From Chloroflexota bacterium (GTDB lineage: Bacteria > Chloroflexota > Limnocylindria > Limnocylindrales > CSP1-4), in the NCBI GenBank assembly GCA_004297395.1, contig SCUO01000100.1:80418-144417 (forward strand): a stretch of DNA of 64,000 nucleotides. Direction: 5' to 3'. The notes under the pieces are model-generated. The model worked only from the letters and a program-made list of their open reading frames with translations. It was not told the origin of the DNA and searched no databases. Below are positions 18,993 to 28,658 of this stretch, in pieces. Made by a program: the position numbers and the translations under genes. The stretch's first letter is position 1. Each line of letters starts with the position of its first letter.

Positions 18993-20174
18993 TTAGATGG
19001 TCCGACCCGGACCTGGGCGGGCGGCGACCAGCGCCGCGATCGCGGTGGTGAAGGGCACGGCCGCGACGATGCCGATGCTCCCGACGAGCGCGCGCAGGAC
19101 CTCGACCGCGACGGTCTCGCCGCTGGCGATGAGGAGCGGCTCCTGGCGCCCGGCGGCAAAGAGCACCAGGAGCGGCAGCGAGGCACCGACGTAGGCCAGG
19201 ACGAGGGTGTTCACGGTCGCTGCGATGTGGGAGCGGCCGACGTTCATGCCTCGGCCGAAGAGTCGCCGGGGGGAGGCGGTTGGATCGGCGGCCGCCAGCT
19301 CCCCGACGGTCGCGGCCTGGGTAACGGTCACGTCGTCGAGGACGCCCAGGGCGCCGAAGATGACGGCCGCAAGGAGCAACCCGCCGACGTCGAGGTCTCC
19401 GCGGCCGACCGACGACAGGAAGCCCACGACCTCCTGGCCCTGGAGTGCGGTGAACGCCATGAGCGAATTACCTGCGACCGCGAGGCCCGCGGTCAGGACG
19501 AGCGCGGCGAAGGTCCCGGCGACGGCCGCGAAGCTCGTCGCCCGGAGGCCCTCGGTGAGGAGGATCGTGGCGAGCGTCACCGTCGAGCCGGCGGCGACGG
19601 CGACGAGGACGGGGCTCCAGCCGGCAAGGATGAGGGGCACGACGACCCGGACGATGACCCCGAGCGTCAGAGCGAGGGCGATGAGCGACCTGACGCCGCG
19701 CCAGCCGCCGACGAGCGTCACGGCCGCCGCGAAGAGCCCGAGGATGGCCCCCAGGGCGGGCGCGCGCCAGCGATCCGAGATCGCCACGAGCGGCACCGGG
19801 TCACCCGGCGAGATGCTGACGACGACATCGTCGCCCTGGGCATAGGCGGGGAGGTCGGCCATGCCTGACGGCCCTTCGAGGTGGCCGTCGAGCTCCGAGC
19901 CGAAGCGCGGCCCCTCGACGATCCTGACCCGGACGTTGGGCTGGCCCTCCCCGGCATCGGCGAGGATCGCCAAGATCTCGCCGTGGGCGAGCTCCAGGTT
20001 CAGCCGCCCGGTCGGGGATGGGGTGAGATCCGGAAGCAGCCATAGCCCAAGGAGCAGGAGCCCGCCGACGGTCAGGGCACGGGCGTTCCGGCGCAGCCCG
20101 GCGAACGGCACGTAGGCCTCGTCGGACACGACCCGGCGCTCCCCGCCCCGAGGCCGGTCCGGGGCGTCGCTCAC
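18993..20174 (-). CDS. YibE/F family membrane protein
   Basis: GALGVLDDVTVTQA, GMNVGRSHI...VNTLVLAYVG.SLPLL and EVLRALVGSIG...AVP.TT motifs. Confidence 0.92.
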   Translation of the reverse strand: MSDAPDRPRGGERRVVSDEAYVPFAGLRRNARALTVGGLLLLGLWLLPDLTPSPTGRLNLELAHGEILAILADAGEGQPNVRVRIVEGPRFGSELDGHLEGPSGMADLPAYAQGDDVVVSISPGDPVPLVAISDRWRAPALGAILGLFAAAVTLVGGWRGVRSLIALALTLGVIVRVVVPLILAGWSPVLVAVAAGSTVTLATILLTEGLRATSFAAVAGTFAALVLTAGLAVAGNSLMAFTALQGQEVVGFLSSVGRGDLDVGGLLLAAVIFGALGVLDDVTVTQAATVGELAAADPTASPRRLFGRGMNVGRSHIAATVNTLVLAYVGASLPLLVLFAAGRQEPLLIASGETVAVEVLRALVGSIGIVAAVPFTTAIAALVAARPGPGRTI

Positions 20175-20175
20175 C

Positions 20176-21129
20176 TCAGACGCCCAGCGGGTGCCAGACG
20201 GTCTTCATCTCCAGGTACGCGGCGATCCACTCGGGTCGCTCGGCGGCCCGGTCGTCGAGCCAGTCGAAGCGGGCATCGGTCACGCCGGCCGGCCGGCGGA
20301 CGATCCGCTTGACGTTGTCGGTCGCGAGGAGCTCCGTGTCGCGTCTAGCTGCCTCCTCGACACCCCAGACGTCGATCGTGTCGACGTCGACGTGGCCCGC
20401 CAGGACCGGCACCAGCTCCTTCTTGAGCCCGGTGATCACGTTGACCACGCCGCCGGGGACGTCGGACGTGGCGAGGACCTCGGTCAGGGTGATCGCCGGC
20501 AGCGGCCGCGCCTCCGAGGTCAGGACGACGACGGCGTTGCCGGCCACGAGCGGCGGGGCGAGCCTCGAGACCAGCCCCAGGAGGGAGCTCGTCTCCGGGG
20601 CCACGATGCCGACGACGCCGGTCGGCTCCGGGATCGTGAAGTTGAAGTAGTCGGCGGCCACCGGGTTGGACGAGCCCAGGACCTGGGTGATCTTGTCGGC
20701 CCAGCCGGCGTACCAGACCCAGCGATCGATCGCGCGATCCACGATCGCCCGGGCCTTCTCCGGCCGGAGGCCCTCGGCCTGGGCGACCTCGGCCACGAAC
20801 TGGTCGCGCCGGCCCTCCATGAGCTCGGCCACGCGGTACAGGACCTGGCCGCGGTTCATGGCCGTCCGGTCGGCCCATCCCGGGAACGCCTTGCGAGCCG
20901 CCCGGACCGCGTCGCGGAGGTCCTTTCGAGAGCCCCGGCAGGCGTTCGCGACCGGGCTGCCGTCCGCGGCCGAGACCAGGTACGAGCGGCCGCTCTCGGT
21001 CCGCGGGAAGGCGCCGCCGATGTACAGCTTGTAGGTCTTGCGGACCTCGATCCTGGGCGCCGGCTCGACCGGCCGGGCGACGGCTCGGGCCCGTCCTGCG
21101 CTGGCGTGGGTGCGCCCGTCCGTCGCCAT
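20176..21129 (-). CDS. short aldehyde dehydrogenase-family protein (nucleotide-binding domain only)
   Basis: RKTYKLYIGGAFPRTESGR, AV.AAR.AF.GW, EPTGVVGIVAP, GNAVV and PGGVVN.ITG, ending in YLEMKTVWHP. There is no ELGG or catalytic Cys. TGATG-coupled to the upstream ALDH. Confidence 0.88.
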   Translation of the reverse strand: MATDGRTHASAGRARAVARPVEPAPRIEVRKTYKLYIGGAFPRTESGRSYLVSAADGSPVANACRGSRKDLRDAVRAARKAFPGWADRTAMNRGQVLYRVAELMEGRRDQFVAEVAQAEGLRPEKARAIVDRAIDRWVWYAGWADKITQVLGSSNPVAADYFNFTIPEPTGVVGIVAPETSSLLGLVSRLAPPLVAGNAVVVLTSEARPLPAITLTEVLATSDVPGGVVNVITGLKKELVPVLAGHVDVDTIDVWGVEEAARRDTELLATDNVKRIVRRPAGVTDARFDWLDDRAAERPEWIAAYLEMKTVWHPLGV

Positions 21130-22652
21130 CAGCGATCCTCGAGGCGGACGTAGGCGTGGAGGCCGTGCATCCCGCCCTCGCGCCCGAAGCCCGATTCCTT
21201 GTAGCCGCCGAACGGCGAGGTCGGGTCGAAGCGGTTGAAGGTGTTCGCCCAGACGACGCCGGCCTTCAGGCGCCGGACCATCGCCAGGATCCGGCTGCCC
21301 TTCTCGGTCCAGACCCCGGCCGACAGCCCGTAGGGCGTGTTGTTGGCCTTCTCGATCGCCTCGTCCGGCGTTCGGAACGTGAGCACTGACAGGACCGGCC
21401 CGAAGATCTCCTCCTTCGCGATCCGGTGGCTCTGGGCGACGTTCGTGAAGAGCGTCGGGCGGAAGAAATAGCCACGGTCCGGCAGGTCGCAGGGCGGCTG
21501 GTAGAGATCGGCGCCCTCGGCCACGCCGGCCGCCACGAGCTCGGTGATCTTCTCGAGCTGATTCTTCGAGTTGATCGCGCCGACATCGGTGTTCTTGTCC
21601 AGCGGGTCGCCCACCCGGAGCGTCGCCAACCGGTCCTTGAGCTTCTCGATGAGCGGCTCGACGATCGATTCCTGGGCCAGGAGGCGGGAGCCGGCGCAGC
21701 AGACCTCGCCCTGGTTGAAGTAGATGCCGTTGACGATGCCCTCGACCGCCTGGTCGAGCGCGGCGTCCTCGAAGACGATGTTGGCGGCCTTGCCACCGAG
21801 CTCCAGGGTGATCGCCTTGTCGGTGCCCGCGGTCGCCTTGTGGATGAGCTTGCCGACCTCGGTCGAGCCGGTGAAGGCGACCTTCTGGACGTTGGGGCTG
21901 GACACGAGGTGCATCCCGATCGCGGCCGGCCCCGGGATGATGTTCACGACCCCCGGCGGCAGGTCGGCCTGGCGGCAGACGTCGGCGAAGAGGAGGGCGC
22001 TCAGTGGGGTGGTTGAGGCCGGCTTCAGGACGACCGTGTTGCCGGCCGCCAGTGCCGGCGCGATCTTCCAGCTGAGCATGAGCAGCGGGAAGTTCCAGGG
22101 GATGACCTGGGCGGCCACCCCGAGGGGCCTCGCGACGCGGCCGGGGAAGGCGTACTCGAGCTTGTCGGCCCAGCCGGCGTAGTACCAGAAGTGAGCCGCC
22201 GCCAGCGGCACGTCGACGTCGCGCGATTCCTTGATCGGCTTGCCCGAATCCAGGGTCTCGAGGACGGCGAACTCGCGGCTCCGCTCCTGGAGGAGGCGGG
22301 CAATCCGGAAGAGGTACTTGGCCCGCTCGCGGCCCGGCAGGGCGCCCCACGACTTCTTCTGGGCCCGGCCGGCGGCCCGGACTGCGCGGTCGACGTCGAC
22401 GGTCGTGGCCTTCGCAACGTCGGCCAGCTTCTCCTCGGTCGCCGGGTTGACCGTCGCGAAGACGGCCCCGTCCGACGCCTGGACCTCGCGGCCATCGATG
22501 AACAGGCCGTAGCGCTCCTTGAGCTTGACGATCTCGCGCGACTCCGGCGCCGGGGCGTACTCCCACGGGATCGCCTGGCCATCGCCGAGGCCCCAGCTCG
22601 CCGGGGCCCGATCGCCCGCCCAGGGGCGGAGCTTGGTCGACTCGCTCGTCAC
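21129..22652 (-). CDS. aldehyde dehydrogenase
   Basis: PWNFPL, VLKPA, FTGSTEVG, LELGGK, FNQGEVCCAG, EEIFGP and PFGGYKESGFGREGG motifs. Start placed at GTG 22652 (TATGAT 7 nt upstream). Confidence 0.95.
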   Translation of the reverse strand: MTSESTKLRPWAGDRAPASWGLGDGQAIPWEYAPAPESREIVKLKERYGLFIDGREVQASDGAVFATVNPATEEKLADVAKATTVDVDRAVRAAGRAQKKSWGALPGRERAKYLFRIARLLQERSREFAVLETLDSGKPIKESRDVDVPLAAAHFWYYAGWADKLEYAFPGRVARPLGVAAQVIPWNFPLLMLSWKIAPALAAGNTVVLKPASTTPLSALLFADVCRQADLPPGVVNIIPGPAAIGMHLVSSPNVQKVAFTGSTEVGKLIHKATAGTDKAITLELGGKAANIVFEDAALDQAVEGIVNGIYFNQGEVCCAGSRLLAQESIVEPLIEKLKDRLATLRVGDPLDKNTDVGAINSKNQLEKITELVAAGVAEGADLYQPPCDLPDRGYFFRPTLFTNVAQSHRIAKEEIFGPVLSVLTFRTPDEAIEKANNTPYGLSAGVWTEKGSRILAMVRRLKAGVVWANTFNRFDPTSPFGGYKESGFGREGGMHGLHAYVRLEDR

Positions 22653-22671
22653 GTCGGGCATCATACCCGGG

Positions 22672-23277
22672 ATGCCTTCCGATTCCGTGGGCCGGCAGGG
22701 TGGCCCCGCGTTCGCCTCAGGCGAGTCGCTGCACCGCGCCGCCGATGCCGACGGGCTGCCGCAGGTCACCCGCCTGGCCGCGTACGGCTTGGTCGTTCGC
22801 GATGGACGGATCCTCGTCTGCCACATCTCGCCAGGCAGCGCCGGGGCCGGCCTCTGGATGCTGCCGGGCGGGGGCCTCGTCTTCGGCGAGCCGCCCGAGC
22901 TCGGCGCGGTCCGCGAGGTCGAGGAGGAGACGGGCCTCGTCGCCGAGATCACCGGGCCGGCGATGGTCCATTCGGATTCGGGAATATGGGAGCGGTCCGC
23001 CGGCGACGTCCGGTTCCACCACGTCCGGTTCGTCTATCCGATGCGGATCGCCGGCGGGGAGGAGCGGGTGGAGGTCGACGGCTCGACCGACGGCTTCGAC
23101 TGGGTGCCGCTCGACCGCGTCCGTGGCCTGCCGCTCGGCGACCTCGTTTCACGGGTGCTCGACGACCTCGACCGCGTACGTGGCGTACGTGGCGTCGGTG
23201 GCGTCGGCGGCGTCGGTGGCGTCGGCGGCGTCGGTGGCGTCGGTGGCGTCGGCGAGGCTGGCGGCGGCTCGGCGTGA
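22672..23277 (+). CDS. NUDIX hydrolase with a Gly/Val repeat tail
   Basis: Nudix box GGGLVFGEPPELGAVREVEEETG; RLAAYGLVVRDGRILVC. Confidence 0.88.
   Translation: MPSDSVGRQGGPAFASGESLHRAADADGLPQVTRLAAYGLVVRDGRILVCHISPGSAGAGLWMLPGGGLVFGEPPELGAVREVEEETGLVAEITGPAMVHSDSGIWERSAGDVRFHHVRFVYPMRIAGGEERVEVDGSTDGFDWVPLDRVRGLPLGDLVSRVLDDLDRVRGVRGVGGVGGVGGVGGVGGVGGVGEAGGGSA
23191..23253 (+). repeat. in-frame 9-nt tandem repeat (GGCGTCGGY)x7
   Basis: Counted directly; encodes (GVG)x7 near the NUDIX C terminus. Confidence 0.9.
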
Positions 23278-23930
23278 CCGGGCCGGTCATCGCCGCGCTC
23301 ATCGCGGCCGGGTTCCTGGCCGTCGCCGACTGGATCTCCGTAGCGCGCGCGGACAGGCTGTTCGAGGGCATCGCCAAGCCGGCGGTGATCTTCAGCCTTT
23401 TCGTCGCGGTGCTGCTGGCCGGGCCCGGCGCGTCGCCGGTCCGGTGGCTGCTCATCGTCGCCCTCGCCGCCTCGCTGGCCGGCGACTGGCTCCTGCTGCC
23501 GCCGGGCCTGTTCGTCGCCGGCCTCGTGGCATTCCTCGTCGCCCACCTCGCCTACCTCGCCCTCTTCCTGCTGGGTGACCTCCACGCCGTGCCGGCGGCG
23601 CTCGGCGCGGCGGGGGCGGTCGTCCTGCTCGTCACGGCGGGCCGGGCGATCCTTGCCGGCGCCGCCACGGCCCGTCTCGGCCGGCCCGTGATCGCCTACT
23701 TCGGCGCGATCTGCGCCATGGCCATCGCCGCCACGGCGAGCGGCAACGCCCTGGCGGCCACCGGCGCGTGGCTGTTCGTCGCCTCCGACACGATCCTGGG
23801 CTGGGACCGCTTCGCCGCCCCGCCGGCCACCTCGCCCGAGGCCGCCGCCCGACGGCGGGTGGCCGTCATCGTCCCCTACCACGTCGCCCAGGTTCTGCTG
23901 GTCGTGGCTGTCCTGGGGTCGACAAGGTGA
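23274..23930 (+). CDS. YhhN/lysoplasmalogenase family membrane protein
   Basis: IAKP, SLAGD.LL, GLVAFLVAHLAY, LFVASD.IL..DRF and YH.AQ motifs; GTGA overlap with the NUDIX stop. Confidence 0.88.
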   Translation: MTGPVIAALIAAGFLAVADWISVARADRLFEGIAKPAVIFSLFVAVLLAGPGASPVRWLLIVALAASLAGDWLLLPPGLFVAGLVAFLVAHLAYLALFLLGDLHAVPAALGAAGAVVLLVTAGRAILAGAATARLGRPVIAYFGAICAMAIAATASGNALAATGAWLFVASDTILGWDRFAAPPATSPEAAARRRVAVIVPYHVAQVLLVVAVLGSTR

Positions 23931-24087
23931 CGGATCGACACCGATCGGCTGCATGCACGGGCCGGGGACCTCGAGCCCACCGATGGCTGATCACACCATG
24001 GTCCGGCGTTCTGCCCCATCATGCGATCGTCGCGCCGCCCGCACCGCGGTGCCGTGAGACCCGAACCTGACCGAGGAGCCCGCCACC

Positions 24088-25905
24088 GTGACCGACCTCG
24101 CCCCGCTCTGGCAACGTCGCTTTCGAGCCCCGATCGTCGGCTTCCCGACGTGGTCGCGTCACGCGCCGGACCGGCTCGTCTACGCGTCGTCCGAGAGCGG
24201 GATCTACCAGCTCCACAGCTGGGACGTCCGGACGGGCGAGCGTCACCAGATCACCAACGAGCCGGTTGGGCTCGTTTCCGGGAACATCTCCGCCGACGGC
24301 GAATGGGTCCTGTGGCACCGCGACACCACGGGCGACGAATCCGGGACATGGATGGTCGCGCCGTTCAGCGGCGGCGAGGGTGAACCATTGGCCGAGGGCC
24401 TGCCCCGCGCCTGGGATGACGGGCTCGCGCCGGGCCGGACGCGCACCGCTGTCGTCATGTCCGACAAGGACGGCTTCGGGCTGTTTGTCATCGAGGCGGA
24501 CGGCCGAACCCGGCGGATCGCCCACTCCACGGAATCGATCATCCTCGGCGGCGGCAACGCGATGACCCGGGGCGGCCACGAGCTGGCCGGCCTCAACGCC
24601 GACGAGACGCTCATCGCGATCGAGCACGGCGAGCACGGCGACCTCATCCATCCGGCGCTGCGGGTCCTCGATTCCCGCACCGGCGAGGTCGTCGCAGACC
24701 TCCTAGATGCCGGCAAGGAGCTGGTCAACTTCGCCTGGTCTCCGATCCCCGGCGACGACCGTATCGCGATCGGGCACGAGCGGCGGGGCGAGCGGGCGCC
24801 CGCGATCTGGAGCCCGCGAACCGGGGAGGTCCGCGACCTGGTGCTGCCCTGGGAGCGTTTCACCGAGGTCACCGACTGGTGGCCGGACGGCTCGGCCGTC
24901 CTCCTCGTCGAGCTCCGTGACGGGCGCGATCACCTGCATCGGTACGACCTGGCCACGGACACGGTCACGGAGCTCCCGACCCGGCCCGGCTCCATGACCG
25001 GCGCCCGGGTCCGGCCCAACGGGGCGGTCTGGTACCGGCTCCAGGCCGGCGAGCACCCCGGCATCCTGTTCGAGGTCGGGCGCGACGAGCCGATCCTGAG
25101 CGGCGGCGACGCACCGGCCGGGCGCCCCTTCATCCCGTGGTCGTTCCAGAACCCCCACGGCCAGACCGTGACCGGCTGGCGGATCGTGCCCGAGAACGTC
25201 GGCCCCTGGCCGACGCTCGTCCACGTCCACGGCGGGCCCACCTCCATCGACCTCGACCGCTGGTCGCCCGAGATCCAGGCATATGTCGACGCCGGGTTCC
25301 AGGTCGTCCTGGTGAACTACCGCGGGTCGATCGGCTTCGGCGCGGCCTGGCGGGACACGCTCATCGGGAACATCGGCTGGCCCGAGATCGAGGACGTCCT
25401 CGCCGGCGTCGACGACCTGCTCGCGAACGGCCTGGCCGACGAGGCCAGGCTCGCGATCGCGGGCTGGTCGTGGGGCGGCTACATCACGCTTCTCATGCAC
25501 GGCATGCACCCGGATCGCTTCCGCGCGGGCGTCGCCGGCGTACCGGTGGGCGACTACGCCCTCGGCTTCGCCGACCTCTCGCCGCTCCTCCAGGCCTACG
25601 ACCGGGCGCTCCTCGGCGGCACGCCGGCCGAGGTGCCCCAGCTCATGGCCGAGCGCTCGCCGATCTCGTACGTCGACAACGTCAAGGCCCCCATCCTGTT
25701 CCTGGCCGGCGAGGCCGATTCACGCTGCCCGATCGGCCAGGTCCTGGCCTACACGGACCGCCTCGCGGCCCGCAACCACCCCCACGAGCTGTACCTCTTC
25801 CCGACCGGCCACGCCCCGTTCCAGATCGACGAGCGGGTCCACCAGACCGGTGTCGTCCTCGACTTCCTGGCCCGTCACGTGCCCGGGATTCGCGTCCCGG
25901 GCTGA
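24088..25905 (+). CDS. S9 family (prolyl oligopeptidase/acylaminoacyl) peptidase
   Basis: HGGP, NYRGS.GFG, nucleophile GWSWGG, DSRCP and GH catalytic triad after a propeller-like N domain. Confidence 0.92.
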   Translation: MTDLAPLWQRRFRAPIVGFPTWSRHAPDRLVYASSESGIYQLHSWDVRTGERHQITNEPVGLVSGNISADGEWVLWHRDTTGDESGTWMVAPFSGGEGEPLAEGLPRAWDDGLAPGRTRTAVVMSDKDGFGLFVIEADGRTRRIAHSTESIILGGGNAMTRGGHELAGLNADETLIAIEHGEHGDLIHPALRVLDSRTGEVVADLLDAGKELVNFAWSPIPGDDRIAIGHERRGERAPAIWSPRTGEVRDLVLPWERFTEVTDWWPDGSAVLLVELRDGRDHLHRYDLATDTVTELPTRPGSMTGARVRPNGAVWYRLQAGEHPGILFEVGRDEPILSGGDAPAGRPFIPWSFQNPHGQTVTGWRIVPENVGPWPTLVHVHGGPTSIDLDRWSPEIQAYVDAGFQVVLVNYRGSIGFGAAWRDTLIGNIGWPEIEDVLAGVDDLLANGLADEARLAIAGWSWGGYITLLMHGMHPDRFRAGVAGVPVGDYALGFADLSPLLQAYDRALLGGTPAEVPQLMAERSPISYVDNVKAPILFLAGEADSRCPIGQVLAYTDRLAARNHPHELYLFPTGHAPFQIDERVHQTGVVLDFLARHVPGIRVPG

Positions 25906-26013
25906 GGCCGCCGAGCCCCGGGCCACCCGAACCCACCGGCGCTTGCCGGGATTCGCGGATGGGGCGACCATTCCCCGATCAGCACCGCGCCCCACGCTCG
26001 GGAAGGAGCACCC

Positions 26014-26547
26014 ATGCGGATCATCGGCGGCCTCCTGCGAACCTTCATCGTCCTGACCCTCGTCGCCGGTGCCGCGTCGGCGATCGCAGCCTTCTACGCC
26101 AAGGGCCGGCTCGTCTCGAAGGCCGAGCCGGACGACGACGAGCTCGACCTCGTCGCCATCTACGAAGGGCTCGACCTGTCGAGCCAGGCCCCGGCCCTGC
26201 GCCGGGCGTCATTCACCGCGTGGTACGGCGGCGGGACGCTCGATCTCAGGGGCGCGACCCTCGATCCGGCCGGCGCAACGCTTACCGTGCGGGCGGTCTT
26301 CGGCGGCTTCCGGCTCGTGATCCCGGCGACGTGGCGGGTCGAGCTCGCGACGGTCGGGATCTTCGGCGGCATCGGCGACGGGCGGCAGAAGGACGCCATC
26401 GATGCCGGCGGTCCCATCCTCAGGATCGAGGGCTTTGCCGTCTTCGGCGGCGTCGGGATCGTGTCCGATGCGCCCGACCTCGACGACGACCGTATCGAGG
26501 CCCCGGCCGATGGCCCCGAGTGGGAGGCCGCGCCGGTCCTCGCCTGA
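26014..26547 (+). CDS. LiaF/DUF2154-like cell-envelope stress protein
   Basis: One N-terminal TM, then AIYEG, YGGGTLDLRGA, AVFGG.RLVIP..WRV and GIFGG motifs. Confidence 0.7.
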   Translation: MRIIGGLLRTFIVLTLVAGAASAIAAFYAKGRLVSKAEPDDDELDLVAIYEGLDLSSQAPALRRASFTAWYGGGTLDLRGATLDPAGATLTVRAVFGGFRLVIPATWRVELATVGIFGGIGDGRQKDAIDAGGPILRIEGFAVFGGVGIVSDAPDLDDDRIEAPADGPEWEAAPVLA

Positions 26548-26571
26548 TCGAATGCTGGGCGGCGGCCATGG

Positions 26572-27501
26572 CTACGGACGGAGCGTGGAGCCCATCGGGA
26601 TGCCGTCGACGAGGTAGATCCCGGTCGGGCCGCTGACGTCGATGTCGTACGTCCACGCGCCGTCGTACGCGACGAGGTCCGCGGAAGTCACGACCGACCC
26701 GTCGACGGCATCGCCCGCCCGGACATCGGCGAGGCGGCGCCCGTCGGCCAGGGGATGGCCCGGCGACGCCGTGACCGTCCGCCTGTCGGCAAGCACGAGG
26801 CGGACGACGCGGTGGCCGACCGGGGCCGTCGCTGACCCCACCGCGATCACCGTGCCGCGGACGCGGCGCCCCGCCTCGTCGAGCGTCCAGACGAGGTCGC
26901 CGACTCGAAGCCCCTCGACCGCGCGCGACCCATCGGGGGCATCGATGCGTGTCCCGCGAGCGAGGCAGATCGGGCACATCGGCTCGCCGGCCGCGGCCTG
27001 CTGCTCGACGCTGACCTGGCCCGTCGCCGAGATCGTGCCGGCGGTCCGGATGCCCTCGGCCGCCCCGGCCCGCGGCTGGGCCAGGTAGTCGAAGCCCCAG
27101 GCGTCGTCGCCGATCGGGTCGAGGGCGATGGCGTTGAGGACCTTCCAGGTTCGATAGACATCGAGCCTGGCGTTGTCGTCGAGGTCGCCGTCGGGATCGA
27201 GGCCGAGCCGCGCGGTGATCGCCTCGAACGCCTCGCGGTCGGCGACGACCTCGGGCCAGCGCTCGCGGGCCGCCTCGATCTCGTCCTGGCGCTGGATCGG
27301 GTAGAAGTCGGGATCGCAGTACCAGAGCGGCCCCAGGCGGTCGATGAGCGCGACCTTGCGCTCGGCCGGCGTCAGGGCGGGACCCGGCGTCGGGCCGGGC
27401 GTCGCGCTGGGGCCGGGCGTCGTCGACGGCGCTGCGCCGCCGGCGCAGGCCGCGAGGACGAGTGCGACCAATCCGGCAAGGAGGACCCGGCGGGGCTTCA
27501 T
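26572..27501 (-). CDS. lipoprotein with a C-terminal Hint (Hedgehog/intein) domain
   Basis: Lipobox LAAC after a hydrophobic stretch and a Pro/Thr linker. The Hint starts CLARGTRI (Cys codon 26965-26967), with VEGLRVGD.V, TASPGHP and TYDIDV....IYLVDGIPMGS. Confidence 0.85.
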   Translation of the reverse strand: MKPRRVLLAGLVALVLAACAGGAAPSTTPGPSATPGPTPGPALTPAERKVALIDRLGPLWYCDPDFYPIQRQDEIEAARERWPEVVADREAFEAITARLGLDPDGDLDDNARLDVYRTWKVLNAIALDPIGDDAWGFDYLAQPRAGAAEGIRTAGTISATGQVSVEQQAAAGEPMCPICLARGTRIDAPDGSRAVEGLRVGDLVWTLDEAGRRVRGTVIAVGSATAPVGHRVVRLVLADRRTVTASPGHPLADGRRLADVRAGDAVDGSVVTSADLVAYDGAWTYDIDVSGPTGIYLVDGIPMGSTLRP

Positions 27502-27565
27502 GACCGGCTGACGCGGCCGCCGAGGGGTCGGTTCCGCGGCCGCTGCTCGAACCGGCACCGGCCGG

Positions 27566-28549
27566 TCAGTCGAGGGTGAAGTGATCCGGGCCCTGGTAGC
27601 GCCCCGTCCGCTCCTTCTCGATCTGCATGAGGACGTCGTTGAGGAGGCTGGAGGCGCCGAAGCGGAAGCGATCCGGGGTCATCCAGCGCGGGCCGAGCGT
27701 CTCGTACAGCACGACGAGGTACTGGATCGCCTCCTTGGCGACCCGGATCCCGCCGGCCGGCTTCATCCCGACCGCGCGCCCTGTTGCCTTCTCGAAGTCG
27801 CGGATGGCCTCGAGCATGACGAGCGTGACCGGGAGCGTGGCGGCCGGGGTCACCTTGCCGGTCGAGGTCTTGATGAAGTCGGCGCCCGCGGCCATCGCCA
27901 GGATGCTCGCCCGGCGGACGTTGTCGTAGGTCTCGAGCTCGCCGGTTTCGAGGATGACCTTGAGGTGGGCCTCGCCGGAGGCATCCTTGACCTCGACGAT
28001 CTCATCGAAGACCGTCCCGTAGTCGCCGCTCAGGAACGCACCGCGATCGATGACCATGTCGATCTCGTCGGCCCCGGCGGCCTGGGCCGCGCGGACCTCG
28101 GCCAGCTTGATGTCCCGGAACGTCTGGCCCGACGGGAACCCCGTCGCGACGCTTGCGACCTTGACGGTCGAGCCCTTGAGCGCGTCCTTCGCGTCGGCGA
28201 TGAGGGCCGGGTAGACGCACAGCGCCGCCACCGACGAGATCGTGGGGTCGCCGGGTTGTGGATGCATCGCCTTCTGGGCGAGGGCGTGGATCTTGCCTGG
28301 GGTGTCCTTGCCCTCGAGGGTCGTGAGATCGATCATCCGGACTGCGAGATCGAGGGCCCACAGCTTCGAGGCCGTCTTGATCGAGCGGCGCTTCAGGCTG
28401 TCGACCCGCTGCTCGACGCCCACCTGGTCGACCGCGGTGAGCCGCCCGAGGACGGACCCGAGGGGCCCGGGCCGGCCGCCGGCCCAGTCTCGAACGAGCT
28501 GGCTGGCGCGTTCGCGCGACAGGGTGTCGGGGCGATGGGCGGTGGCCAT
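27566..28549 (-). CDS. deoC: deoxyribose-phosphate aldolase (long type)
   Basis: IDLTTLEG, VASVATGFPSG, GADEIDMVI, LKVILETGEL, FIKTSTGK, GMKPAGG and FRFGASSLL motifs. Confidence 0.95.
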   Translation of the reverse strand: MATAHRPDTLSRERASQLVRDWAGGRPGPLGSVLGRLTAVDQVGVEQRVDSLKRRSIKTASKLWALDLAVRMIDLTTLEGKDTPGKIHALAQKAMHPQPGDPTISSVAALCVYPALIADAKDALKGSTVKVASVATGFPSGQTFRDIKLAEVRAAQAAGADEIDMVIDRGAFLSGDYGTVFDEIVEVKDASGEAHLKVILETGELETYDNVRRASILAMAAGADFIKTSTGKVTPAATLPVTLVMLEAIRDFEKATGRAVGMKPAGGIRVAKEAIQYLVVLYETLGPRWMTPDRFRFGASSLLNDVLMQIEKERTGRYQGPDHFTLD

Positions 28550-28658
28550 GGGACGGTGAGGATAGCGCCGATCGGGGCCGCCGGCGACGGCCGGGGCCGC
28601 GCGACCCGGCGACGGAGTCGGCGACGCGGGTGAGCTCAGCCGCTACCATCGCCGGGCG

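Noticed and set aside
26572-26967. A classical self-splicing intein
   Set aside because: It lacks the terminal His-Asn, has no C-extein or host protein to restore, and has no homing endonuclease. It was treated as a cleavage-type Hint instead.
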